From: an uncultured Pseudomonadota bacterium
GTDB taxonomy: Bacteria > SAR324 > NAC60-12
Direction: 5' to 3'
Length of the DNA stretch: 35,778 nt
Assembly (NCBI GenBank): GCA_913056375.1
Contig: CAJXNF010000002.1
Coordinates: forward strand, 1 to 35,778
Part shown: positions 20,548-28,956 of the stretch, one piece after another
Numbering within the stretch: position 1 is the first letter of the stretch
How the letters are laid out: every line of letters starts with the position of its first letter
Program-made: the position numbers and the translations under genes
The notes under the pieces: model-generated
Database searches by the model: none
What the model was told of the DNA's origin: nothing
Seen by the model: only the letters and a program-made list of their open reading frames with translations

Positions 20548-21612
20548 ATGAACGAAGAACTGCAAGAGACTGAATCAGCGGCCAGTGCTGTAAACCCAGC
20601 AAGTCTGTCCACTCATGTTGGCGAAATGCTTTGGCCAGAAGCCCTCAAGGTGGAAGCCGACACTCTTAGCAACGAGTATGGCCACTTTGCAGTAGAGGCC
20701 TTGGAGCCTGGCTTTGGATTGACCATTGGTCATATGTTGCGAAGAACATTGCTTTCTTCTATCCGTGGAAGCGCAGTCTTCGCAGTCCAAATTGAAGGGG
20801 TGGCTCATGAGTTCACCCAGCTTCCAGGAATCCTTGAAGATGTCGTCCAGATCATTCTGAATATCAAGAATCTCGATATTCAGCAATTTGAGGATGATAT
20901 CATCGAATTGGAATTAATTGGTGAAGGCCCCTGTATATTGAGAGGTGAAGATATCTCCACCTTCAATAAGGCTGAGATTCTCAATCCAGATTGTGAGATC
21001 GCTCACTTGGAAGAGAACGCGACGCTGAGCATGACCCTGTATGTGCGAATGAATAAAGGGTATGTGACAGCCGAGGAAAACCAAAGTCGAGAGCTACCTG
21101 TCAATGTGATCTACCTGGATTCAAATCATTCGCCGATTAAGAGGGTGAACTATAAGATCTCCACTCAAACAGTCGATGAGCAGGAGCAAGATCAACTGGA
21201 CATGGAAGTTTGGACCTCCGGGGCAGTCAATCCGATTGATAGTGTGGCCTATGCTGCCAAGATCATGAAAGAGCACATGGAAGTCTTCATCAATTTTGAT
21301 CCGGAAAAACGGATTGAACCAGATGAAGATTTGGATGTTGAAGAAGCCCCGACAAACGACAATCTTTATCGCAGCGTTAGCGAACTAGAACTCTCTGTTC
21401 GCTCCATCAACTGCCTACAGAATGCGAAAATTGAAACCATCGCAGACTTGGTGCAGAAAACAGAAGCAGAGATGCTGCGGACCAAGAATTTTGGGCGCAA
21501 ATCGCTCAATGAAATCAAAACGATTTTGTCAGCTATGAACCTGTCGCTGGGAATGAAGCTAGAAAACTTCGACCCTGACGCAAATCCTGTTGAAAAAGCA
21601 AAGAAAGAGTAA
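20548..21612 (+). CDS. rpoA: DNA-directed RNA polymerase subunit alpha
   Basis: [26 protein letters not shown] aligns with E. coli [26 protein letters not shown]. Alpha-[25 protein letters not shown]...[10 protein letters not shown]. The first 26 residues have no E. coli counterpart; an internal Met at 20626 is an alternative start. Confidence 0.93.
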   Translation: MNEELQETESAASAVNPASLSTHVGEMLWPEALKVEADTLSNEYGHFAVEALEPGFGLTIGHMLRRTLLSSIRGSAVFAVQIEGVAHEFTQLPGILEDVVQIILNIKNLDIQQFEDDIIELELIGEGPCILRGEDISTFNKAEILNPDCEIAHLEENATLSMTLYVRMNKGYVTAEENQSRELPVNVIYLDSNHSPIKRVNYKISTQTVDEQEQDQLDMEVWTSGAVNPIDSVAYAAKIMKEHMEVFINFDPEKRIEPDEDLDVEEAPTNDNLYRSVSELELSVRSINCLQNAKIETIADLVQKTEAEMLRTKNFGRKSLNEIKTILSAMNLSLGMKLENFDPDANPVEKAKKE

Positions 21613-21618
21613 TCGACC

Positions 21619-22116
21619 ATGCGACACTTGAAAGCTGGAAGAAAGCTTGGAGTTTCCTCATCACACCGCCGAGCAATGATGCGTAACATGGTGACTTCAA
21701 TCCTCGAAAATGGGGAAGTCACTTGTACCCTAGCCCGAGCCAAAGAGGTTCGTGTCCCCTTAGAGAAGATGATCACCTTTGCCAAACGTGGTGATCTACA
21801 CGCTCGACGCCAGGTCCTGCGCTTTGTGAAGAGCAAACTGGCGATGGAAAACCTCTTTGGAGAGATAGCGGAGCGCTACAAGGAACGCCCCGGAGGCTAC
21901 TGCCGTGTGATCAAGTTGGCCAAGCGCCGTTTGGGTGATGCTTCCGAAATGGCTATTGTGCAGTTGGTGGGAAGTGAAAACGATGCACTCAGTGCCCTCA
22001 AAAAAACCAAGAGTCGTAAAGCTGCCAAGCCACAGCCGGCTCCATCACTACTTGAAGAAGTCAGCACTCAGGTCAACGAGCCAAAGGCTGAAGTAGAAAC
22101 AGAAAAAACCGCCTGA
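21619..22116 (+). CDS. rplQ: 50S ribosomal protein L17 with a ~40-aa low-complexity C-terminal tail
   Basis: [24 protein letters not shown]. The core ends near VQLVG and is followed by a K/A/P/E-rich tail ([16 protein letters not shown]...[10 protein letters not shown]). Confidence 0.94.
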   Translation: MRHLKAGRKLGVSSSHRRAMMRNMVTSILENGEVTCTLARAKEVRVPLEKMITFAKRGDLHARRQVLRFVKSKLAMENLFGEIAERYKERPGGYCRVIKLAKRRLGDASEMAIVQLVGSENDALSALKKTKSRKAAKPQPAPSLLEEVSTQVNEPKAEVETEKTA

Positions 22117-22118
22117 TC

Positions 22119-23495
22119 TTGCCTCGGGCATTTCCTATGCCTGCACCTCACACTGTGGGAAGGGCCAAGGTGTATGTCGAGACGCTCGGTTGTTCGAAAA
22201 ACCGGGTGGACTCAGAAATCATGCTCCACCACCTTTCCCAAAATCACTACACACTCACGCTCGAACCACAGGAAGCTGACGCTATCGTTGTCAACACCTG
22301 TGCCTTCCTGACTTCAGCTACGGAAGAATCCGTCCAGCGCATTCTTGAGCTCAGCGAATTCAAAGAGACCGGACGCTGTTCCACATTGGTGGCAGCCGGT
22401 TGTTTAAGCCAGCGCTATCGTGAAGACTTACTGAAAGAACTCCCAGAATTAGATGCTTTGCTAGGCTCTCAGGATTTCAGTGAGATTGTTCCTTTGTTAG
22501 ATCAGGTGCGCAGAGAGCCAGGCAAGCAACACTCTTTTGTTCAGCCCAAGCCACACTACCAGCAATTTGAGGAGCAGGAAAAGCAGCAGTCCACTCCTCG
22601 TCATTTTGCCTATGTCAAGATTGCGGAAGGCTGCTCAAATATGTGCTCTTTCTGCAACATTCCGATGTTGCGGGGATTGCTGAGCAGCCGCAGTGTCCCA
22701 TCCATCGTGAACGAGATCCAACAGTTAGTGAGCAGAGGGGTTAAGGAAATCAATCTGATCTCACAGGACACTTCTTCCTTCGGTAGAGATCGAGGCCAGT
22801 TGGAGCTTGCGGAGTTGCTGCGTTCCATCAGTGCCTTGGAAGGTGATTTTTGGGTTCGTCTCTTCTACTGCTATCCCAACACCTTTACAGATGAGGCATT
22901 GGCAGCTTTTGCTGCGGACAAGCGATTTTGTGCTTATCTGGACATGCCCTTTCAGCACATCGAAGACAATGTCCTACGCAAGATGAACCGCAAGATCACT
23001 CGGTCACAGATTGAGCAGAAGATGCAGGAAGTAAAAAGAATCCTCCCAGAGGTGGCCTGGCGAACAACCTTCATTGTTGGCTTCCCGACAGAGACAGAAG
23101 AGGCCTTTGAGGAACTCTTGGAATTTGTGGCAGCAGGACATTTCACTCATGTGGGTGTGTTCACTTATTCTCCGGAAGATAATATTCGTTCAGCGCGCTT
23201 GGGTGATCCTGTTCCTAATGCGGTTAAGCACGAACGCAAGCAACGCCTGATGGAGGTACAGCGCCAGGTTAGCCAGCAACGTAATCAAGCTAGAGTAGGA
23301 CAGGTCTTGCCCGTCTTGGTGGATGGTTATGCAGAAGAGACAGAGCTATTGTTACAGGGCAGAGCTGCGTTTCAGGGACCAGAAGTAGATGGGTTGGTCT
23401 ATATCAATGAGGGTAACGCGCGTCCGGGAACTTTCCACTCTGTGGAGATCACCGAAGCGCATGACTATGATCTGGTCGGTAAAATCATCGAATAG
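22119..23495 (+). CDS. rimO: Ribosomal protein S12 methylthiotransferase RimO (radical SAM MTTase)
   Basis: KVYVETLGCSKNRVDSEIM (MTTase N-domain), CSNMCSFCNIP (CxxxCxxC radical-SAM cluster), and a C-terminal TRAM ending HDYDLVGKI. Start is TTG 22119 or ATG 22137. Confidence 0.8.
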   Translation: MPRAFPMPAPHTVGRAKVYVETLGCSKNRVDSEIMLHHLSQNHYTLTLEPQEADAIVVNTCAFLTSATEESVQRILELSEFKETGRCSTLVAAGCLSQRYREDLLKELPELDALLGSQDFSEIVPLLDQVRREPGKQHSFVQPKPHYQQFEEQEKQQSTPRHFAYVKIAEGCSNMCSFCNIPMLRGLLSSRSVPSIVNEIQQLVSRGVKEINLISQDTSSFGRDRGQLELAELLRSISALEGDFWVRLFYCYPNTFTDEALAAFAADKRFCAYLDMPFQHIEDNVLRKMNRKITRSQIEQKMQEVKRILPEVAWRTTFIVGFPTETEEAFEELLEFVAAGHFTHVGVFTYSPEDNIRSARLGDPVPNAVKHERKQRLMEVQRQVSQQRNQARVGQVLPVLVDGYAEETELLLQGRAAFQGPEVDGLVYINEGNARPGTFHSVEITEAHDYDLVGKIIE

Positions 23496-23501
23496 GGAAT
23501 C

Positions 23502-24257
23502 ATGTCAGGACACAGTAAGTGGAGCACGATCAAGCACAAGAAGGCTGCCCAGGATGCCAAGCGAGGCAAGCTCTTCACCAAATTGATCAAGGAGGTTACA
23601 GTGGCAGCCCGGGTGGGGGGTGGAGACATTGATGCCAATCCTCGGTTACGCACTGCGGTAGCAAATGCGCGGGGTCAGTCAATGCCGATGGACAATATCA
23701 TGCGGGCAATCAAGAAGGCAATTGGAGAAGGTGAAGGTGATAACTACGAGGAGATTGTCTACGAAGGGTACGGCCCACACAATGTGGCAATCATTGTTGA
23801 GGCGATGACCGATAATCGCAACCGTACGATTGCGTCCATTCGCTACGCTTTCAACAAATCGGGTGGTAGTTTGGGTTCCACTAACTCTGTGCAATACATG
23901 TTTGATCGACTTGGACAAATTACGATTGAGAAAGACAAGATCAGCGAAGATGCACTGACAGAATTTATTCTGGAAGCAGGCGCAGAGGATCTGAATACGG
24001 AGGACCCAGAAAACTACGAGGTCTACACAAGTATTGCTGATCTGGAACAGGTGCGTAGTTTCTTGGAAGAGAATTCTGTACCGATGCAGCACTCTGGTAT
24101 CATTTGGAATCCACAAAACCGGATTGCCATTGAAGATGCTCAGAAGGCAGAGCAGGTCATTCGTCTGATTGAGATGCTGGAAGATGATGATGATGTCCAG
24201 CAGGTCTATTCCAATTTCGACATTAGTGAGGAAGTGGCCACTCAGTTAGCGTCCTGA
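23502..24257 (+). CDS. yebC: YebC/PmpR (TACO1) family DNA-binding regulator
   Basis: MSGHSKWSTIKHKKAAQDAKRGKLFTKLIKEVTVAARVGGGDIDANPRLR is the family-defining N-terminus. Sits upstream of ruvC, as in many bacteria. Confidence 0.93.
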   Translation: MSGHSKWSTIKHKKAAQDAKRGKLFTKLIKEVTVAARVGGGDIDANPRLRTAVANARGQSMPMDNIMRAIKKAIGEGEGDNYEEIVYEGYGPHNVAIIVEAMTDNRNRTIASIRYAFNKSGGSLGSTNSVQYMFDRLGQITIEKDKISEDALTEFILEAGAEDLNTEDPENYEVYTSIADLEQVRSFLEENSVPMQHSGIIWNPQNRIAIEDAQKAEQVIRLIEMLEDDDDVQQVYSNFDISEEVATQLAS

Positions 24258-24260
24258 AGC

Positions 24261-24758
24261 ATGAGAATTCTAGGGATTGATCCGGGTAGTCGTCGTACGG
24301 GCTATGGTCTAATTGAAGCGACTCCTCAGCACAATCGCTACCTCTCCAGTGGTTGTATCCGCCTGCCGGAATCGAAATCATTAGCAGAACGTTTGGTTCT
24401 TCTAGGTGATGCTCTTGGAGACTTGATTCAGCAGTGGCAACCGGATTGTGGAGTTGTCGAAGAAGTCTTCTTTGCAAAGCACCCACGCTCTGCCTTGGTG
24501 CTGGGGCATGTGCGAGGAGTTGTGCTACTGGAGCTGGGACGTCGGCAGGTTCGTCTACACGAGTATGCGCCGAGACAGGTCAAGCAATCCCTGGTAGGAA
24601 CAGGTGGTGCCCAGAAAGAGCAGATTCAGCACATGGTCCGAATGCTACTGAACCTGCAGTCACGTCCGCTCCAAGAAGACGAAGCCGATGCGTTGGCTGT
24701 TTCCCTCACTCATGCCCATATCCTTCCGTTGCAGCAACGTTTGCAGCGTCTTCCGTGA
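24261..24758 (+). CDS. ruvC: Holliday junction resolvase RuvC
   Basis: MRILGIDPGSRRTGYGLIE (first catalytic Asp), EEVFF, and EDEADALAVSLTHA (C-terminal catalytic acidic pair). Confidence 0.93.
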   Translation: MRILGIDPGSRRTGYGLIEATPQHNRYLSSGCIRLPESKSLAERLVLLGDALGDLIQQWQPDCGVVEEVFFAKHPRSALVLGHVRGVVLLELGRRQVRLHEYAPRQVKQSLVGTGGAQKEQIQHMVRMLLNLQSRPLQEDEADALAVSLTHAHILPLQQRLQRLP

Positions 24759-24782
24759 TATTTCCTCTGTCCAGTTGTAGTG

Positions 24783-24858
24783 TCTGCCAGAAATAGAATA
24801 GGCTTGGCAGGCCACTCACTACAGCCAAATCTCCGATCCTGTTTGTTTTTCTGGCAGA
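24783..24858. repeat. 11-bp perfect inverted repeat pair in the ruvC/regulator intergenic region
   Basis: TCTGCCAGAAA (24783..24793) and TTTCTGGCAGA (24848..24858), 54 nt apart. Each arm contains a TCTGNCAGA mini-palindrome. Confidence 0.7.
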
Positions 24859-24911
24859 GCCTTGCTAGGCTAACAGTCCAAGTCTTTGCTCATCTCTGTC
24901 AGGAACTCCCA

Positions 24912-25580
24912 ATGTCTGAGAAACACTCGATTGTCATTGAAGAGTACCTCCTGCTGCTATATCAGTTGCGAGGTGCTGGAGAGCGCCTCAAGGCCGTCAC
25001 CCTAGCCCAGCGTCTCAAGAGCAGTGCCCCAACGGTACACGCTACCCTGCAGCGCATGCAGCGAGATGAGCTGATCCAGATGGATGACAAGAAAGAGATC
25101 AACCTGACCAGGGAAGGAGAGCGTCTCGCCTGCGACATTGCCTTCCGCCACAATCTTGCCGAATATTTTCTCTGCAATACTCTGGGGATCCCCTGGTACG
25201 AAGTACACAAGCACGCTCATCAACTCGAACATGCGATGACTCCCACGGTTGTCGATAAGCTGGCCGCCTTTCTCAACTATCCAGAGACCTGCCCTCACGG
25301 GACGCCGATGCCCGGCCATTCCCTACCAGAGGACTGCTTCACCCTGGATCAGGCAGAAGAAGGCATGATGGTGGAGATCATGATGATTGCCGAAGAATTG
25401 GAAGATTCCGAGGAATTGCTCAAGATTCTGCACACCCAGCAGGTGATTCCAGGTCAGAAGCATCAAGTGATTTCTCGTGCCGATGTGATGAGTTCAATGA
25501 CTCTCCAGCAGGAAGAACAACAGGCGATCCTCCCCTTCCACGTTGCCGACAAAATCCATGTGGTTCAGGTCGAAGACTGA
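24912..25580 (+). CDS. DtxR/MntR-family metal-dependent transcriptional regulator with C-terminal FeoA/SH3-like domain
   Basis: IEEYLLLLYQL...VTLAQRLKSSAPTVHATLQRMQRDELI (wHTH), FRHNLAEYFL...IPWYEVHKHAHQLEHAM (metal-site/dimerisation helices), CPHG. ATG 24912 is preferred over GTG 24780, whose extra 44 aa look non-protein-like. Confidence 0.8.
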   Translation: MSEKHSIVIEEYLLLLYQLRGAGERLKAVTLAQRLKSSAPTVHATLQRMQRDELIQMDDKKEINLTREGERLACDIAFRHNLAEYFLCNTLGIPWYEVHKHAHQLEHAMTPTVVDKLAAFLNYPETCPHGTPMPGHSLPEDCFTLDQAEEGMMVEIMMIAEELEDSEELLKILHTQQVIPGQKHQVISRADVMSSMTLQQEEQQAILPFHVADKIHVVQVED

Positions 25581-26754
25581 CGTGAGCAGCACTGCCCTTC
25601 AAACCGATAGCAATCTGCACCAACAGGTTTTTCACAGCCTTCGTGAAGTCGCCCCAGAGTCCTGGAATCGACTGATTGGAGATGCTTTCCCCTTCGCTGA
25701 ATACGACTATTTGCTTGCGCTGGAAGAAGGGCACTGCGTCGGAATTGAACCTGGCTGGGAACCTCGCTACCTGACGCTCTGGGAAGGAAAGCAGCTACAG
25801 GCTGCCTGTTACCTTTACCGGAAAACCAACAGCAATGGGGAATACATCTTTGACTGGGATTGGGCGAACGCCTACCAACGTTATGGTCAACGCTATTTTC
25901 CCAAACTCACCTCAGCCGTCCCCTTTACTCCAGCGACGGGTCCCAAGCTACTGGTTGCGGCAGATGCATCCAATCCCAGAGAACTTCAGCAGCAGTTGCT
26001 TGCCAGCGCCCTGGAGTTAGTCCGGCAAGAAGGCTGTTCGTCTCTGCACTTTCTTTTTATTCCTGCAGAGGAGCGTGAAATCTATGAAGCAGCTGGTCTA
26101 CTATTGCGACATAGCTTTCAATTTCATTGGCAGAATCAGGGCTATGGCAGCTTTGAAGACTTCCTCAGTCGACTCAGAAGCAAACGCCGCAAGGAGATTC
26201 TGCGAGAACGTCGGCAGGTGCAGGAACAAGGGTTGGAGGTAATCCTGCTACGAGGAGAGGAGATTGAGCCGAAGCTCTGCCGAGTGATGTATGACTTCTA
26301 CCTAACTACGATTGATCGCAAGTGGGCAATGCCTTACTTGAGTTATGAGTTTTTTCAGTACATCTTCACACATTTTCGAGATCAACTGGTGCTGGCCCTC
26401 GCTCGTAAGCAGGGGAGATGGGTGGCCGGTACGATCAATTATCACAAAGGACCACATCTCTTTGGACGCTACTGGGGCTGTCGGCAGGACTTTCGGAGCC
26501 TGCACTTTGAACTCTGTTATTACCGCCTGATTGAGTATGCAATTGAACAAGGTGTGCAGCGTTTTGAAGCCGGTGCCCAGGGAGCACACAAGATCCAGCG
26601 AGGTTTCTTACCCAATCTGACCTACAGCGCTCACTGGATTGCCCATCCTGCCTTTCATCGGGCGATTGGAGAATTCATTGAGGAAGAGAAGCGTTCGATT
26701 CAGAGCAATATCGAAGACAATCCGGAACTCTCACCTTATCGTCAGGAAAACTGA
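25543..26754 (+). CDS. FemAB-like / DUF482 family protein (GNAT-fold, function unknown)
   Basis: FAEYDYLLALEEGHCVG...GWEPRYLTLW and NGEYIFDWDWANAYQRYGQRYFPKLTSAVPFTPATGPKLL match my memory of the DUF482 (Pfam FemAB_like) core. Start is ambiguous: TTG 25543, ATG 25558 or GTG 25582, the last sitting 1 nt after the regulator stop. Confidence 0.65.
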   Translation: MPTKSMWFRSKTDVSSTALQTDSNLHQQVFHSLREVAPESWNRLIGDAFPFAEYDYLLALEEGHCVGIEPGWEPRYLTLWEGKQLQAACYLYRKTNSNGEYIFDWDWANAYQRYGQRYFPKLTSAVPFTPATGPKLLVAADASNPRELQQQLLASALELVRQEGCSSLHFLFIPAEEREIYEAAGLLLRHSFQFHWQNQGYGSFEDFLSRLRSKRRKEILRERRQVQEQGLEVILLRGEEIEPKLCRVMYDFYLTTIDRKWAMPYLSYEFFQYIFTHFRDQLVLALARKQGRWVAGTINYHKGPHLFGRYWGCRQDFRSLHFELCYYRLIEYAIEQGVQRFEAGAQGAHKIQRGFLPNLTYSAHWIAHPAFHRAIGEFIEEEKRSIQSNIEDNPELSPYRQEN

Positions 26755-26765
26755 CTCGCCCACGC

Positions 26766-27827
26766 TCACCAGCGCAGCAACGCAGCTTCTGCACAAAAGC
26801 CTGGCCCCATCGAGAGCATCATTCCCCAGTCACCTGATTTTGCTATCCCGTCACGCAGCCACTCTTCCAGAATAATCAGCACAGAGGTTGAGGAGAGATT
26901 ACCAATCTCAGCGAGACTTTGACGCGTTCGGTTCAGTGTTCCTGCTGGTAATGCCAGCCCTTCTTCCAGCGCATCAATCACCTTGGGACCTCCGGGATGA
27001 CTGACCCAGTGACGGATCTCACCAAGTTTCAGGTTGTGCTGGGCGAGGAAATCCTTCAGGGGTCCAGGTAGTGCCTCTCGGGTATAATGAGGAACACCTG
27101 GAGAGAGGACGATCTTGAGGCCGGATGCACTGACTTCCCAGCCCATCACCGCTTCAGAATCTGGAAAGAAGACCGAACAGGAGTCGATTACACCCACAGG
27201 TGCGGCTGAAGCCAGAGGATGCTCGTCACCAACGAGCAGTGCAGCTGCAGCTCCATCACCAAAGAGGCCACTGGCAATCAGATTTGCTACAGACAAGTCC
27301 TGCTTCTGCAAAGTCAGGGAGCAGAGCTCCACCGAGAGTAGCAAAGCGGCATGGGTGGGATAAGCCCGGAGGTAATCAGCACAACGGGCAATCCCAGCGG
27401 TTCCAGCCAAACAACCCAGTCCAAACAGGGGGACTCGTCGAGTCGTCGGCGCAAACGGTAGTCGGTTCATCAGGCGGGCTTCCAGTGAAGGTACTGCAAT
27501 TCCTGTCACTGTTGTACTCATCAGCAACTGGACTTGGTCGGCTGCTAGCTGAGCTTGATCCAGTACTTGCCGAACTACTTGCTCACCGAGATGCAGGGCT
27601 TCTTCCTGCCAGATCTGGTTGGTTTGGGTGAAGGAGTTGAAGTGGTGGTACTCTTCCAACGGTCGAGCCAGGTAGCGTCCTTGGACCTGAACGTTGCGCT
27701 GCAAGCGATCAAAAATCGCTACATCAAGTCCCTGGTCCTGCCAAGCAATGCGCAGGGCGGAACTCAGTTCATCTTGAGAGCAGTAATGGGGAGGAAAGGC
27801 ATGGGCGAGTGCCAGGATTCGAGGCAT
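26766..27827 (-). CDS. Type III polyketide synthase (chalcone/stilbene synthase superfamily)
   Basis: Catalytic triad contexts are present: FGLGCLAGTAG (Cys), WVSHPGGPKVID (His), IGNLSSTSVL (Asn). 353 aa, with a GFGPG-like loop as MGPGF near the C-terminus. Confidence 0.85.
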   Translation of the reverse strand: MPRILALAHAFPPHYCSQDELSSALRIAWQDQGLDVAIFDRLQRNVQVQGRYLARPLEEYHHFNSFTQTNQIWQEEALHLGEQVVRQVLDQAQLAADQVQLLMSTTVTGIAVPSLEARLMNRLPFAPTTRRVPLFGLGCLAGTAGIARCADYLRAYPTHAALLLSVELCSLTLQKQDLSVANLIASGLFGDGAAAALLVGDEHPLASAAPVGVIDSCSVFFPDSEAVMGWEVSASGLKIVLSPGVPHYTREALPGPLKDFLAQHNLKLGEIRHWVSHPGGPKVIDALEEGLALPAGTLNRTRQSLAEIGNLSSTSVLIILEEWLRDGIAKSGDWGMMLSMGPGFCAEAALLRW

Positions 27828-27838
27828 TCGCAGTAGGA

Positions 27839-28126
27839 TTATTTCTTGGTCTGGATCTTTCGGCCGTTGTCCCGTTCCAGGTTATAGACCGGGGGCTTGC
27901 GGACGTAGCGTAGGAAGTCGTAGCCATCGTCCTCAGGGACCTCAAGAATTTCGTACTCTTCGTGCCCCGGATCGATGTATTCAGTGTGGGTTCGCCACTG
28001 GTACTTGGTGTCATCCAACTGATTGTGAATGATCCACTCTTCAATCTCTTCCTGACTGCCCTCGACGTAGATTTCCTTCTTCAACAGTACGATCTGCCGC
28101 TTCTGCACGATACATACTTTTGTCAT
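27839..28126 (-). CDS. Hypothetical small acidic protein (95 aa), probably translationally linked to the type III PKS
   Basis: The ATG at 28126 is preceded by AGGAG at 7-nt spacing. Its stop lies 11 nt before the PKS ATG. MTKVCIVQKRQIVLLKKEIYVEG...EYEILEVPEDDGYDF has no motif I recognise. Confidence 0.55.
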   Translation of the reverse strand: MTKVCIVQKRQIVLLKKEIYVEGSQEEIEEWIIHNQLDDTKYQWRTHTEYIDPGHEEYEILEVPEDDGYDFLRYVRKPPVYNLERDNGRKIQTKK

Positions 28127-28338
28127 AGTAGACTCCTGTCTAACGAAATGGAAGATATTGGCGGCGCGGAAGATGATTGGCTCAAACCAGGATACATCTG
28201 GATGGAGGGACAATCAGATCATCTGGAATGTCACCTTAACGGAAATTTTTTAGGGCCGCAAGGCGTTCATCAGGATGTTTTTTACGATTACTGATCTGAC
28301 GAAAAGCTGCGTGTTGTCAAGTGGTAAGTTGATCACTC

Positions 28339-28932
28339 TCAACGGTTGGTTGGCAAGCTGGGTAGTTGACGACCGTTAGCACTCTCAAACCACCAGCGTT
28401 CCAGTAACAGATGAGGAGAGTTTGAGGGGTTGTTCATCCGGATTTCCAGCCACTGTGAGGGTAGAAATGATTGTTCAGTAGCCATCGTCTGAGTGTGTCG
28501 TTCCACAATACTAGTTGACCGAGTTGGATCCCAATACTGCAATCCCAGCGTCAAGGAATGGATCTCCCAGTCCGAACTGCCATTATAGAGACGGAAGACC
28601 AACTCACTACCGAGATCCTGCAATAGTTCACCGTTCAGTTGGTTAAGTGCCTGGTTGGGCAAGATCCCCGGCTTGCTTTGAGCAGGCAGTCCGGCTCCTC
28701 CGTTGGCATTTGGAAACTTGCTACGACAAGCATCCAGAATGGCCTGGGCTGCAATGTCACTCTGCACTCCCTTCATGTTGTTAAGGATGCAGTCTTCATA
28801 AGACTGTTGGCCAGCGTTGCCCAGAATTCCAGCCATGGGAAGCAATTGCGCCTGGGCTGGAGAGCTGAAACCCAAGCAGCTTACAACAGCAAGTATCCCA
28901 AGCAGCAACAACTGGATGGAAGGCGTGCTCAT
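28339..28932 (-). CDS. Hypothetical exported protein (signal peptide or possible lipoprotein)
   Basis: MSTPSIQLLLLGILAVVSCLGFSSPAQA is a hydrophobic signal with both a lipobox-like VVSC and an AQA-Q cleavage site. The mature part has two Cys and no recognisable domain. The alternative ATG at 28953 lies 3 nt after the gpx stop. Confidence 0.6.
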   Translation of the reverse strand: MSTPSIQLLLLGILAVVSCLGFSSPAQAQLLPMAGILGNAGQQSYEDCILNNMKGVQSDIAAQAILDACRSKFPNANGGAGLPAQSKPGILPNQALNQLNGELLQDLGSELVFRLYNGSSDWEIHSLTLGLQYWDPTRSTSIVERHTQTMATEQSFLPSQWLEIRMNNPSNSPHLLLERWWFESANGRQLPSLPTNR

Positions 28933-28956
28933 CTGATTACCAAAACGAAGCATAAC

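Noticed and set aside
21366-21836. 156-aa - strand ORF spanning the rpoA/rplQ junction
   Set aside because: It is an antisense shadow across two well-supported genes, with no recognisable motif.
24861-24879. DtxR/IdeR-type iron box
   Set aside because: Only the central 9 bp (TAGGCTAAC) match the 19-bp palindromic consensus and the flanking arms do not, so it is not called as an operator.
24780-24911. 44-aa N-terminal extension of the DtxR-family regulator from GTG 24780
   Set aside because: The extension is non-conserved-looking and would swallow the whole intergenic region, including the inverted repeats. The family N-terminus begins near MSEKHSIVIEEYL (ATG 24912).
28127-28213. 29-aa N-terminal extension of the small protein upstream of the PKS
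   Set aside because: The internal ATG at 28126 has a well-spaced AGGAG, while the upstream ATG has none. The extension would contain that SD.
28292-28320. Sigma70-type promoter for the small-protein/PKS pair (TTGACA on the - strand at 28315..28320)
   Set aside because: No acceptable -10 hexamer lies at 16-18 nt spacing (AGATCA is the best), so the -35 match alone is not enough to call a promoter.
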